A stretch of 64,000 nucleotides of DNA from Eledone cirrhosa (taxonomy: Eukaryota), in the NCBI GenBank assembly GCA_964016885.1, contig OZ024740.1, positions 249,488,001 through 249,552,000 on the forward strand, in the 5' to 3' direction. This document shows positions 37,031 to 51,611 of this stretch, one piece after another (positions within the stretch are counted from its first letter, which is position 1; each line of letters starts with the position of its first letter). The translations under genes were made by a program, and so were the position numbers. Below the pieces are notes generated by a model that did no database searches, was not told where the DNA came from, and saw nothing but the letters and a program-made list of their open reading frames with translations.

Positions 37031-39514
37031 GAGTATTTTTTCTGTGCTCTAAATACTCTGCCAATTCTAGTAAAGACAACACAATAACTATATTGATAGC
37101 ATTGATAGTGTTAAAAATGATTTTAATCAATATTCAAAAGATAACCATTATTATAAATATATCACTTTCTAATATAATTGACATAGCAAACAGACATTCA
37201 GGACAGCTACTGCTTTATTTTGACAGCTGTGTTGGATGTATCAACAGTTCAAATTGCAAAAACATTGTCACATCATTACACACTAAGATATCTTATACAA
37301 ATGCCTATTAAATAAATTCCCAAATTTAAAGTCAAAATTGGCCAACTGACTAAAAGGAAAAAATGGTTATTTGATATTCTTATTTTGATTTGAACTAAAA
37401 CTTACGCAAAAAACAATACTAGCCTCTGATCAGATAAGATTTTATTTATATAAAAATGTTTATTTCTTGCATTTTAGTATGAGTCATTGAAACCTTTTGT
37501 TAGCTTAATAACATTTACAATGACTAGATATTTGCAGTAATACACTCTAGGCATTTGATCCTAGCTACTGACCTCAGAGAGGCTTCTCTGGCTAGCATCA
37601 TATAAATGTTGTCATTGGTCAATGGATGACTCTTTCATTGAGATTGCACATTCACATTGCTCCTTTCTAAAGTTTCATCTTGGGCTGGATAGTAGCAGGG
37701 TGCTAAGCCAACCTAGGTTTGGCCAAGGATGGCTTATTTTGCAACCAATAGGTCCTAAGTTTGATCCTACTGCATGGTATTTTGGGGCATGCAACATTTA
37801 TCATAACCTCAGGATGACCCATCAGATGGACTATACTTGTTATTCAAAGAGTCAACCTCATCACATTTTATTTTGCTGAATTTCCCACGTGTTTGTGGAA
37901 TGCTCAGCCATTTACACATTAATTTCATGAGCAGACTATTCTGTTGATAGGACAACTGAAGCACGTATTGTTCAAACTGATGAAGGTCCATCATTTTCTT
38001 ATCCAGAATTTATTTCCCTATCAGCCATGTGGGGATTTGCTGGGAAGGAGTTGAATCAGATGATGATTTCTTATATAAGCAGAAATTCACAGATTGGTAG
38101 TGGAGAGGGAAAATGATACACAATGTTCATGTCGCCAGCTTGGTTCACCAGTTTACATAATCTTATAGCAGCCCCAACATTGCAATATAGAATATTTAGC
38201 AAACAAGGATGTTTTCACACATCAAGACAGCCAAAGCACTAAACAAGCTCTCTATAGTCTTTAGAATGGGAATCACATAAGATATGTTTCGTGACAGATA
38301 AGATAGCCACAGATATAAGGGTCATCATATGAAGTTCAATTCTAACTTTTTGGTTTTTACTTTTTAGTTGGGAAGGGTGTAGTATCCATAACTCTTTTCA
38401 CAGCCTCTGAAACTGGTGGGCAGAAAGGAGGATAGTATCCTCAAACTGAAAACCAGCTCCAAATCCTTGCAATTGAATGGGCCCTGTTAAAAGCACCTGA
38501 GTAGGTAACAGCAAGATTTGAACTCAGAATGCAAAGAGCTGGAACAGTAAAACATCTTATTCAACACTAATAATTTTTCCAATCCTAGACTGGTACTCTA
38601 TTTTACTCACCCAAAAGGATAAAAAAGTCGATCTCACTGTGTTTTGAACTGAGAGCACAGATAGCTGGAACAAAATACTGCAATTATTATTTTTATATAC
38701 AGGGCATTAGATTTCTTGATTACCTTCCTCTAATTATTCAACATTAAAAAAAAGAAGAAATCTCTTTTGAAAATGTCAACAAGAAAAATTACCATGAAAG
38801 TAACTTACATAACAAAACAATTAAATTTCATAAACATCATCTTTCAGTTTAACAAGCTAAATAATATACATGCTTTTTACTATAAAAAAACATGCACAAT
38901 ACCAGTTAAGTGTATGCACTAACCAGACCCCAAACAATTTATTGAAGGATATATTAGTTGTCATTTTCGTGTTATTTAATAATTAATTAGAAAGAGTGAG
39001 TTCAAATCCCGCCAAGGTTAACTTTGCCTTTCATCTTTATGGGGTCGATAAAATAAAGTACCAGTAATACACTGGGTAATTGCTGGCCTTGTGCCAAAAG
39101 TAGAAACAATTAATTAGAAAGAGTGTTATCACTGCTACAAGATAAAATATTTTCTGTCTAAATGAGGAGAACCCAACCTTTTTGTCCTGTTCACCCTATG
39201 GTAAGTTTGATAAATTTAATTTACCCCCACCTTGTTTTGTTATGTAATTTGCAACTGACAAAAGAGAAATTTTTCAATGGTGTTAACATTATTTTAGGCT
39301 TAAATAATATTAGCAAACACCAAATGATGAATGGACAATGATACAAGGACCAGATACCGTCAGCCAATGTGAGCACTAGCAATGAAACCTATAGATACCA
39401 TTAAATTCAAAACAAATAAGTATTTTAATACTTGAAATAGGCCTACTCAAATTTTCTTCTCAACTTGATATTGCTTTTAATTATAATTTAAATAATATAT
39501 ATTTAAATTTACAT

Positions 39515-40912
39515 CAAGTTAGGGTTATAACAATGACTATAGCAAGGAATTTAGCATACAGGTTGGTGTCTGCCAGGGCTCTGTTCTTAGCCCTCACCTG
39601 TTTATTATTGCATTGCAGGCCATAACAGAGGAGTTTAAAACTGGATGGCCATGGGAACTTCTGTACACGGATGATCTTAAACTTATAGCTGAATCTGTGA
39701 TGGAACTAGAGAAGAAATTCCAAACATGGAAGCAGGGCCTAGAAAGAAGGGGTCTCAAAGTCAACCTGACAAAGACTAAGGTGCTCGTAAGTAGACGAGA
39801 AAAGAGAACCCAGATCTCCTCAGGGAAATGGCCTTGCTCCAGTATGGAGGAAAGGTGTAGGTAGAAATTTCATCCTCCATCCCAAATGCAAACTATGGGT
39901 ACACAAGAGATGTAGTGGGATCTCAGGAAGTTTAGTTAAGAATGTAGGCTTTACATATAGCAGCTGCACTAGAACAATAAGCAGCAAAGGACCACAGGAA
40001 ACAAGCACTACCAAATTCTGGGAGGGCTCGGTAGAAACAGTTGACAGCTTCTACTACCTAGGTGACCAAATTAGCAGCAGAGGTGGATATTCTGAAAGTA
40101 CAGTAGCCAGAGTAAGAATGGGATGGAAGAAGCTTAGGGAGCTACTACCACTGCTAACTACAAAAGGCTTTTCCCTCAAAATGAAAGGCAGATTGTATGA
40201 TGCGTGCATACGAACAGCAATGTTACATGGTAGTGAGACTTGGGCGTCGTGTGCAGAAGACTTGCGTAGATTAGAGAAACGAAGCTTGCATATTCTGATG
40301 GATGTGTAATAGTAATATACGTGAACAGCAAAGCATAAATAAATCGAGAGACTAAACTTAAGAGGAATCAAATGCTGTATGTAGGAGAGGAGATTTTGTT
40401 GGTATGGACAATGTAATGCGTATGAAGGATGGCAGCTGCATAAAAAGGTGCAGAGCACTCAATTCGATGAAAGCCTTGGAGTGGGGAGACCCAAGACCTG
40501 GGATGGGGTGATAAAAGCTGATCTTGCCCAATTGCACTTCTCAAAGGTAATGACACATGATCGAGATCTCTGGCATTACGCAGTAATACAGAAGACCCGA
40601 CTTCCCACAGGTACAAGCTGAAGCATATAGACAGTATACCCCACCCCCTCCCACTCTAAAGTGGTCGCGCAGGTGTCACAACAAAAAAGCACCCAGTTCA
40701 CACTGTAAAGTGGTTGTGTAGACGCCACAGTAAATAGCACCCAGTACTTACTGTAAATGAGGTTGGTGTGTCCAGCTGTAGACAACCAGCCAAAATCAGT
40801 TCTGTATGAGCAAGACATGGTCACCTGACCTAGCATTGCCCACAACAGGACAATTCATCTAACCCATACTAGCATGGAAGAATGGACGTAAAGCAGTGAT
40901 GATGATGATGAT
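39515..40912 (+). mobile_element. RTE LINE 3' portion
   Basis: PWELLYTDDL, GWKKLRELLPLL, MLHGSETW, (GAT)n tail. Confidence 0.9.
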
Positions 40913-41049
40913 CAAGTAAAGGAAAGAGGACATCACCAAAGAGAAAACAGTAGGAATAACAATAATAGAAATTGTAATAAATATACATAATAAAAAGCAT
41001 TAACAAGGACAAATTTCTCAATAGCAAGGGACTACACTTTAGGGTAATT

Positions 41050-41635
41050 CCAGGGAGAAAACCTTGTCTCACCAGCACACAAAGTGCCATCTCCCTGTTT
41101 CTTTCTTTCTGCTTAGAAAAGCATAGTCAAATTAGACCTGTTCTTTCATAAAATATACTAAGTTGCAGCACCTCCTTTTCTATCCTCCCCTTGCGTTTTT
41201 AGTGGAACTTGAAGAAGTTGACGAGGGCTTGAGCAGATAGGAAGATTCCTGCCCTCAATCCTTTTAGGTGAGTTCACCATATACCTATCAGGCAGAGTAA
41301 GGCTTGTGTCTCACTTCTAAAGGGAAATGGCAGTTCAATTTTCATAATAGAACCAGCTATCAGCCAGATCTGTCTTCCACGTTTTAGCATGCATCTCGGA
41401 CAGGTCTGGTTGTTGACACTTCTGTGTCTGTAGACCTTGTACAAAATTCATAGTGCCCCATTGAAGCACTGCCATGCCAAGGATATTTGGAAATTGCTCG
41501 TAATCTCTGATCTTAAGGTCCCTCAGAAGAGCTTGTTCAGATTGTCCTTGTCAGCACCCAGAGCTGCTCCTAGGTCATCATCACTCATCTCTTCCAATAA
41601 TCCTTTATAGAACATCAGGGAAGCCATTAGGATCA
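41050..41635 (-). mobile_element. L1/Tx1-like LINE C-terminal remnant
   Basis: Minus-strand fragments FQISLAWQCFNGAL, TCPRC, LVNFFKFH (zf-RVT-like region). Confidence 0.55.
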
Positions 41636-42539
41636 GTTAAATTAAAAAGAGGAATTTACCAGTTTATCACCACTACTGTTTGAAGTGTGCATATTTTAAT
41701 ATTGATTTTACAAAAAATTGAGATTGGGTGTGACTTAAAGGGGTAAAAAAAAAAACGTTTGAAATATGTCATCTACTATTCACGGATGACATATATGGAA
41801 AGAGCAAAGACCAAATAAATACACTCATATATCCAGTAAAGATATAGGGATGGACTTCAGGATCATGAATGTTTAAATGAAAAGAGCCCCAGCCCTAACA
41901 TGAAAAAGCAATATAAAATGAAATTTTTTGTTCAAGAACAAAAGCCGCCCAATACAGGAACTGAACTCACACCCCGATGATCACGAGTCCAGCATCCTAA
42001 CCACCAGGCCACAAATTGTGGGGCATAAAAAAAGTTGAAGTCATACCAATAGTAGTGGATGCTTTGGGAGAACAGTAACAACCGAAATAAGTACAGGGAT
42101 TTGCAATTGAGACATGAACAGAACTTCTTCAAAATTTGGCAATACTAAGAACAAAGAAAGGAAATTTGAAAGACCCTGAACCATTTGTTATAACTCACTC
42201 TCTCAGCATAAGACCAGTCTATTGAAACAGAATCTAAACTATAATAAAGTAAGGAGTGTGGGATTGTGTCCAGAATATATTTTTTTTATTCCGTTTGTAA
42301 AATAAGTTGGATTACTTTGAATAAATAATGAATGAATAATTACATAATTTATCTACTAAATTTTGTTATTCTTGATTAAATATAAATAATCTTGTGGCTT
42401 ATTTTAAGATTCACTTCTTTAAAATTTTCAAATGTCAACACTTCCGGTTAGCGATCGCTTAAATAAACAGTCATATATTTCTGTCATATATTTACTGATT
42501 ACATAAGACAGTGTAACGCAGTCTTCGTTCAATTTCTGT

Positions 42540-42665
42540 GTATATTGTCAATTACGATTTTATTTGATGTATCATATCTACATGTATAAATACTTGCGTA
42601 TAATATCAATATGCACACTACACAGGCTAGCAGAAAACCACTCGAAGGGTGGTTTTTCTGCTAGT
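42540..42665 (+). mobile_element. Helitron-like non-autonomous element 3' end (inverted copy at 52773-52893)
   Basis: Terminal palindrome CTAGCAGAAAACCAC..GTGGTTTTTCTGCTAG ending CTAG|T, conserved in two copies with ~100 bp of upstream homology. Confidence 0.55.
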
Positions 42666-44981
42666 AATAAATAATAATATTGCACAAGAGTCTCTAGACT
42701 CTCAAACAAAATTCACAAGGGTTTAAAAACAACAAAAGAACATCTAAGTGAAAGTTATTTTATCAATAAACTGAATAAAATAGATAACCTAAATAGATAA
42801 ATTTCAGTTTTATCTAAAACATTTCAATATCAAGTATTACAGACATTAAGTAATAACATTTATTTATGTTAAGGATAAATTCCCCCCCCCCTCCCCCAGA
42901 AGATAAAGTTCTCATATGCTGGGGATAAATTTGTTGATTCTGGATTTGGACATATATTTTTTTCAATTATAAATGAGAGATCACATCCTCAATACGATGG
43001 GCATGTGGTTAGAATGTCTCAGGAAAGAATCACTGGACAGATTTTATGGGTAAAACCAACTGACAGGAAACTCAGAACAAGATGGATAACAGCTTGGCTG
43101 GTCTCGCTTGGGGATCCAGCTGAATCAGTTGGAAATGGTTGCTTCTGATAGGACCCACTGGAAAAAGTGTTTGATCGGTATTTTATAATTATTACCAATA
43201 TACTCAAATATAAACACCTCCCTCCCCTTCATGTTTGAGAAATGGGCAAAAATCAATACTGTTTATAAGCCAAGGCAGTTAATTAACACATTGTTTAAAT
43301 GGCATGGTTTATATTCTCGTGAATATAAAATATACTAATGAAGTTTTAATATTTTAAATGTTGTTTAGAGTATAGTTTTTGTTTCACAACTTCATTATGT
43401 AATGAGTTTTTATTATGTTAAGTTTCAACAAATTTCTCAAATTTTTCTTTACTTCTGCTCTCTCACATGCTTGCAGTACTTTGAAAGCAAAAGATTGAAT
43501 AATAGAATGTTGTATAGGGATTCATAGAGTAGAAGAGGGTGGGAGAGACAGCAAGTGAGAGTGAAAGCAATAAAATAAAATCAGAAGTAAGATTGAAAGA
43601 AAAAGTATTGTCAGAGAAAAACGTGTGTGTGCATGTGTGTATGTATATGGGATATTTATGTATTAAAGAGTTCAAATCATAAAAATTTGTTGGAAATATT
43701 TTCAAGAGAATGCATAAATAACACCAACAGCGATGTAGTAAATGTAGAAAAACAGTGTCTCATTGTAAAACAATCACTCCAGATATTTTAGCACCTTATT
43801 TACATAGAATTTGAAGTTGGTGAAAATTGACAAAATACTGACTCCAAATATAAGCCGCCCCGCAACTTTTATCATTGATTTTTTGGTTACATATTCCTCT
43901 ACTTATATGGTAATTACTGTGTGAGTGTTACCAATGTAGTAGTCTAAATCAGGAGAATGACTCTTTCAAGAAATATATGACAAAATAGAATGAAAGCATC
44001 AACATGGCCAAATGTTTATCAGTCATTTTCTATAATTGACTGTATTATAAGATTTTCACTTATAAAAGTTTCACTGTCAGTTGTTGAATTTTGGTAGAGA
44101 TGTTTACTGAACAAAATAGGGCGGGGGTAAATTTACTTTTGAAAAGTTGCAACAGGATAAGTCAATAGAACAAACGGTTTTGAAAACAGGATTTATTCAA
44201 TTGAGAAATGAAAGTTACAATGGCATAGCGATTTAATACAACAAATTGGCAAAGTCATTAGAGCATCAAATTAAATGCTCTGTGATATTTGTTCTGATTC
44301 TCTGCCCTGGTCAAATTCTGCTGAGGTTAACTTTGCCTTTCATCCTTTTGATATTGATAAATAAAGTAACAGGTCAGGGTGGTGAATTGTTAGTATATGC
44401 TTTGGCTCTGTGCATTGAGTTTCAACGGAAAAATGATGACATGACAGGACTGGGGCACCTATCACTATTCTAGCTCTCTTTTCTAGGCTCATAAAAGAAT
44501 TTCAACCAAGAACCAAGCATCCCAAATTTAAGCTTTTTTGTTATCATAATTGTTTCAAGTTTTGGCACAAAACCAGCAAATTACCCAGTGCATTACTGGT
44601 ACTTTATTTTATCGACCCCGTAAGGATGAAAGGCAAAGTTAACCCCGGCGGGATTTGAACTCAGAATGGCAAGGGCCGTAACTCCAATGAAAGACAAACA
44701 CTTTCATATCTTTGAAACAGCTGCCCTTTGAAGTGTTTTAGTACTAAAAGGGTTAAGAAACACATTCACATGGAACCCTTATCTGTTATTTACAGTAGTG
44801 AACTATATGTAATAATGTAATTTTTTTAGGGCTTGGTGGGGCTAGACCATTCAGAATTAAATATCTTTCACAAGAACTTTGATACCAAACTACTTCAAAC
44901 TACCTCCTGGTTTTACAATACAAAACTTTTGTTTTAAAAACTTTATATGTATCTAAATACCTTCCATCATAATTTTAAATA

Positions 44982-45061
44982 AGAACCTTTATGTTATTCT
45001 AAATACTAGCTGTATCTAAATATTTAGATACAGCTAGTATTTAGAATAACATAAAGGTTCT
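44982..45061. repeat. Perfect 80-bp palindrome
   Basis: 40-bp arms with no spacer, centre aaat|attt at 45021/45022. Confidence 0.95.
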
Positions 45062-48000
45062 AAATCTCTCCATATATGTATATCATTGTTTAACAACCGT
45101 TTTCCCTGCTTTCCATGTCACAGATCAACCAGTATTGAAGCAGAACCTTTTCTGACTGCCAGGTAGACCAGAAGCCTGAATATACAAGCCCGTGTTCTAC
45201 TAGGTGCATTTTTGTGACACCAAAAACCAGGGAAGTTACCATGTCTTCGGCATAGCTGAAGTTTTCCCATCCCTTTGACAAGTTTTCTACAGCTGGATGT
45301 CCTTCCTATCACCAACCACTTTACACAGTGTGTGTGTGTGTATACCACGGGCGAAGGGTCCGTGTATGCAACGCATGCGTTATAGAATCTTGAGTTGATC
45401 AATTGCGTCGGTTGAAGCAGAATTTTGGCTGCTTACTAAAATGTATAGACACAAAAAAAGATAACACACACACAACAGCTTTGGGGCAAGCAGAATTTTG
45501 ACTGCTTACTAAATCGTAGACACATAAAAAGATAACAAACACACACTAGATAACACATGTGGCTTTGACCGGGAGGGTCATTTAGAGGGAATGGGGGGGG
45601 GGGGGGGGCTGCACAGCCCCACTTTCCACCATGGCAATTGGACTTCATGCCCTGCTTTCCAGGTTACCCTTCACCACTGGTGTATACACACACACATATA
45701 TATCCAAATGTTTTCCCAAACTACAGAAACTCATAGAGGACAAGTTCAAAAAAGATATAGCATCTATTCACAATAGATTTTTGAACTGAGGTAGGTGATA
45801 TTAAATAGACACAAGACATTTTCAGAAGATATGAACTCTCAACCAATGACTTAATAATCCAACATATATTTACTTAGGCTATTTACTCCTCTACAGTAAT
45901 ATATACATACACAAATGAAAATTTACATAAGTATATGGTAAATAAATTTTATGTTCTGCTCTTGTAAACATATCAATATTGATACCACTTCACACACCCC
46001 TTTTTACTGTTTGGTATCAATTTTCCACACAGGAGGAGTTGTTTCTACAGTTGATTGCTTTTACAAGTAACAACCATCCAACAGTGAAAGAGGAAGAATA
46101 GAACAAGTTTATCTACCAAGCAGATTGTAGAAAATGTAATTATTTGCATTGCACAATGTTACAACATTAGTAATGTTTGTAAAAGTTACTCTGTCATAAA
46201 TCACAAGGAGTTATCGATAGGATCTGCAGCATGAAAAGCACTATTCTCACCTCATAACCAACAGTATTGAAGTGAAGCTGAATCTATAAGTCAGTTTGGG
46301 AATTTCTGGATTGAGATGTTGCCCTACTCTTGTAATAAAAATGTCCTTACAATTCTCATTTCTAATAGACTTTATATCTATAATTTATGTGATCAACATG
46401 TTGGAGAAGGATGAAATACAGAGCTGGATTGGCTATGTGTCATATGGGATGGAGAGAAAAAGCAGTGATACTTTACAGAACACTGCTTTTTGTTTAAGGG
46501 GTATCTAGCTATTAAAAGAAGCGAAATCTGTAAAAATGTTATAAACTGATGACACAAACCAAAAAGAAAGCCTCTATATTTTTTACTCTATTTACTAGAA
46601 ATAACATTCTTCAAATAACATTCAACTGTTTTCAACAATTTAAGACGATGTAGTCCTAAATATATTATGTTTTACTAGAAGAGAGTATGGGAGGTACACA
46701 TAAACTTATGCTTGGTTTAATACCACTGACTGGCACATGGATGCTAGATCTCTAGTTTGAGGGTTATTTCCTTCTACCAGTCTTGGGGGTGCTGATGAAG
46801 AAGGTAATGGGCACTGTCCTTTTGCCTCTAAGCCACAAGAGTCTGCTCGAACAACACATGCACACATACACAGTATAAGCCAATAAAGGAGGCATCTGGT
46901 CACTAGATATGACAAACAGCAACCAAATCTCCCTTAAAACCACACCTCAAATTCTTAGAATAAGGCATGTTGGGAAACATGGCCCTGACTATATAGGAAA
47001 AAGATATGATGGTCAGAACTGGAATGCCATTGGTCATAGGTCTACTCAATCTATGGGGCTGGGCTGGTTTGAAAAACAACAAAAGCATATAGACCAAGTT
47101 GACCACTATAAAAACTAGGAAAGTAGAGTAACACCTCAGTCCACTCCACACTCTACTCATCTCTTACCATTGTGGTTTTTCCATATATGAGTTAGAGAAC
47201 TTTGCAAAATTTGTCTTTATTCACATGACTGGATGGATACCGCTTCTTAACACTAAGTAGCATTCTTCACTGATTTTCTTCTTCAACTGCTCTCTCTTTC
47301 ACTCTCATCAACTAATTCTCAAACATCTAAAGTAGAGTGAAATCTTAATTATGGAATAAGCCAAAATAATTGAGCAGTCTTTTTGGACAAAGACACTATA
47401 ATTTACTAGAGTTCATTTACTGTCTTTCTCATGAGCTAACCAGTTTGTTCACAGACATAAATTCTATAAATTGAATGGATTGTTATATTGTGTACGGCTA
47501 ACTATTGCTACCATCATTGTTTTTACACCCACTTTTCAATGCTAGCATATATTGGACAAAATAAGGCGGTATTCTACAGCTGAAAGCCTTTCCAGATACC
47601 AACACTTACCTGTTTTATAAGTAAATTATGTTTGCCAATGAACTTTGCATGTCTGACATTAAGCTGCAAGACATACACAAATGTCACTGCAAAAACTTGT
47701 GGAGATACACACAAACATACACAATGAATTTAAATCCAGGGACCTCTGTTTTGTGAGACCATAGATCTGCACCTGTAATGTTCCTTTCAAAGATGATAGC
47801 CTGAGCAAATGTTTTTTAAAGACCAGCTATGCCCATGCACACAAGTCTCTCCACACCACATATGTTGTTTAAGGGAAAGCAAGAGCTGATACAGCTTGGC
47901 ATAAATGTCATCAAAGACGAACTCAAATCACAAAAAGCCAAAAGAGATAATTCTGCAAATCCATTGCTCTAGAGTAGTACTTTCAAAGGCTGCAAAGCAA

Positions 48001-50203
48001 AGTTAACCTTGGTAGGATTTGAGATCAGAACACAAAGAGCCAGAACAAATACTGCAAATACTCTAATGACTCTGCTAGATTGCCTTGTTAAATTAACATA
48101 GCACAATGATAAATACAATAATACTATAAAGCAGACAAGACAATGAATATTCAAAGTACAGCATTCTTCATCTTATAAAACAGCAAAGATCAAGATAGAA
48201 TACACACTCGTTTTACATAAATAAATTGACCTAAAATTCACATTTAACTATGAAGCCTCTGAAGTGAAAAATGCAATAGCTGAATTGAGAAGCATGAAGC
48301 CAAAGACAGTTTCACTCACCACATGTAAAAAAAAGCTGAGTATGAATAAACAAACATAAACACTGCACATTTGAAAATTTGTAGATTTCCTAACCCTCAA
48401 AAAGCTGGAAATGGAATAAGCATAAATATATTGCATAAAAATTCATAAATAGCATGGAGTTTCTAAAATCACAATTGGCACCAAAGACCAATTAATAATT
48501 GTTTCTACTTTAGGCACAAGGCCAGCAATTACCCAGTGCATTACTGGTACTTTATTTTATCGACCCCGTAAGGATGAAAGGCAAAGTCAACCTCGGCTGG
48601 ATTTGAACTCAGATCGTAAAGGGACGTAACTATGCCGGAAAGCATGACGTCCGACCCTCTACCGATACTGCCAATCCAGCTAAAGATGCATTAGATGGTG
48701 CAAATAATTTTGTAGATATTGCTGAAAAAGACAATTTTTAAAAACTTATGTCAGGAGTATCAAAATCAAATTGAAAATATATGCCAAAGATATTTCTATC
48801 AAAACTAATCAAGAAAAAAAAAATCACATTTGAATAATTCAGTCTGAATATATGTTATGATTTTGTTTATGTAATTAAATATGGATGGCACATTGGTAGA
48901 GTTATTAAATTATACCTTGTAGTATTTATTTTGGATGTGAATTCTAATCCTACTGAAGTAGACTTCTGGTGACCTTGGCCCTAGGACTAACTCCCTACTC
49001 ACCAAAATCGGCACAGAGTTGGCTACCTGTAGGTATGAACCTTGCAACTTGGAATGTCTCTTCCAGCACATCTCCCTCACCATCCTCTGGGGAAACAACT
49101 TCTCTATTCTATCGGGGCCGTGGGGTGGCCAGCGTGTGGGCCCCCATTCACTTATAATAATTGTTTCTACTTTTGGCACAAGGCCAGCAATTATCCCAGT
49201 GCATTACTGGTGTTTTATTTTATTGACCCTGTAAGGATGAAAAGCAAAGTTAACCTCGTGGGATTTGAAATCAGACCGTAAAGGGCCGTAACTCTATGCT
49301 GCAAAGCATGGCGTCCAACCCTCTACCAATACTGCCAATCCACCTCCCAATAATGAAATGGAGGCAGTGACAATGGGAGTTTGGTTCCATTGTGTTCAGA
49401 CCTGATGTACATGTATATATTTATTTACCACACCACATTAATACCAGTGTCAGACAGTGTTTCAGTTCCTTGCTTCAGAACATCTTATACATACAACCAT
49501 TAAAGATTATGTATCACATCACCTTCTTAATGGTTAGATCATCTCTTCCCTTGCATAAATTTATCTTTTCCCTTTTAACCCTTTTTACCCGAGCTGCCCC
49601 TGATTCTACATTGCAAAATTGTTTGCTTTAAAGAGTTCATGTTTAACTTAGCTGTTTATCCTTTTGGAGTTGATAAAATAAAGTACTAGTCTAGGGCAGT
49701 GGATTGGCAAATGACTTGCAGTATCTGTCCTAGCTCTGTGTATTTTGAATTAAATTTTTCTCCTGTCACTGAAAAAATTATTAAAACACCCAAAGGCCCT
49801 CCATTGAGATACAACCTCACGGGGTTGTCTATAACAAAGTTCTATACAACCAAAAGATGACAAAATAGATAAACAGATGAAATACTTTTCCATCAGAACA
49901 TACAGATAAAACTAACGTCACAGATCAAACCCATTGTGTGGCTTCATTCCTTTTATCTATGAAATGCTGATGTCTTATGAATGAAATCAATTTCTCAAAT
50001 ATATATCCTGATTTTATGATTAAATACAATTTTAAATTAAGAAAAGACATCTCCAATATTTCAATTATCTTGTGTAGTAATACTACCAAAATTGGGACAA
50101 AATAAATCTATGCAACAACATAGCTTGCTTTATTGACTGTCAGAATATTGGTTAGATTGCTAACATATAAGTTTACTCCACAAAGAAGACTGATTCTATA
50201 TTA

Positions 50204-50541
50204 ATATTATCTAGCTTCATAAAATTTTACACTAGTACATAACCCACTGTTTTATGGAAGGAACAAGTAATACTTAATTTCTTCACAAACTTCAATAATG
50301 TCATTTTTGTGGATTATATATAAATATAAATATATATACACATACATATGTATATACACACACACACATTATATATATGTGTGTGTGTGTATACATATGT
50401 ATGTGTATATATATTTATATTTATATATAATCCACAAAAATGATATTATTGAAGCTTGGTGAAGAAATTAAGTATTATTTGTTCCTTCCATAAAACAATG
50501 GGTTATGTACTAGTGTAAAATTTTATGAAGCTAGACAATAT
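50204..50541. repeat. ~340-bp foldback centred on a TA/CA microsatellite
   Basis: ~165-bp arms with few mismatches, centre ~50372. Confidence 0.95.
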
Positions 50542-50554
50542 GTATATATAATGT

Positions 50555-51138
50555 GTATTACTTGAGAGAAGATTATGTTGGTATGGTCATGTGATGTGCA
50601 TGAAAGACAGCTGTATAAAAAAGTGCAGGGTGATCAAAATTGATGGAAGTTACCAACTAGGCAGACCCAGAAAAGCATGGGACGACATGATAAAATCCGA
50701 CCTTGTACACTTACACCTATTTAAGACAATGTCACTGCATCGAGATCTTTGGCGCCACGCAGTAATACAGAAGGCCTGTCTTCCCCAGTACAAAGTTAAC
50801 CTAGTCAGTAGGCACCTCTTAACCAAATATACACTCCTACCCACTACCTCTATTCCATCCTCCCACTCCCACCAACACCACCCTTTCCCTTTAAAGTTAT
50901 GTTGGTACCACAACATCCAGTCCACGCTGTAAAGTGGTTGTGTAGGAGACACAGTAAAAAGCTCCCAGTCCACACTGTAAATGTGGTTGGTGTTAGGAAG
51001 GGCATCCAGCCACAGAAAACCTGCCAAATACAGTCTTATACGAGCGAGACACGGTCACCTGATCAATCTTGGTTCAAGTGGGACAATTCTCGTCTAACCC
51101 ATGCTAGCGTGGAAGATAGACGTTAAACAATGATGATA
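50555..51138 (+). mobile_element. RTE LINE 3' end
   Basis: GRPRKAWDDMIKSDL and tail gacgttaaacaatgatgat. Confidence 0.85.
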
Positions 51139-51611
51139 TATAACAGATTGGAGGCGGTAAAAACCAGTGAGACCATTACTCACCAGAGTATTCGATACTT
51201 TGGGTAGTAGAGTGGGTAATATGAAAAAATTCAGGACCCCGACGGCTGAGCTCCGGCTATTTCAACAATTGCTTGGATCTAGCTGTTGAAACGGCCGGAG
51301 CTCAGCTGTGTGGGTCTTGAATTATTTCATATATATATGAGAGAGAAAGAGAGATTGATGGATAAATAGAAATATATAGAGAGATACCAGCCGACAGAGA
51401 AACACCGTGGATAGAGAATGCTATTTTCTGATATGAATGAAACAGAACATTTCAAAAATGACTTTACTGAACCCAAACCAGAAAGATTTAATAACATTCC
51501 AAGAAATAGAGCATGCTTAAATATGTTCCTTTTTCTACATTTTACAAAATCTGAGTTAATTAAAATATTTGAAATATGCCAGCTTTAAACTATAGAAAAC
51601 AGCAAAAAAAA

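Noticed and set aside
37520-38350. Higher-complexity stretch with short ORFs
   Set aside because: No recognisable motif or consistent splice signals; possibly very old LINE debris.
44683-44730. Hammerhead-like CCAATGA..GAAACAGCTGCC
   Set aside because: The core is doubly degenerate, with no stem I and no NUH triplet.
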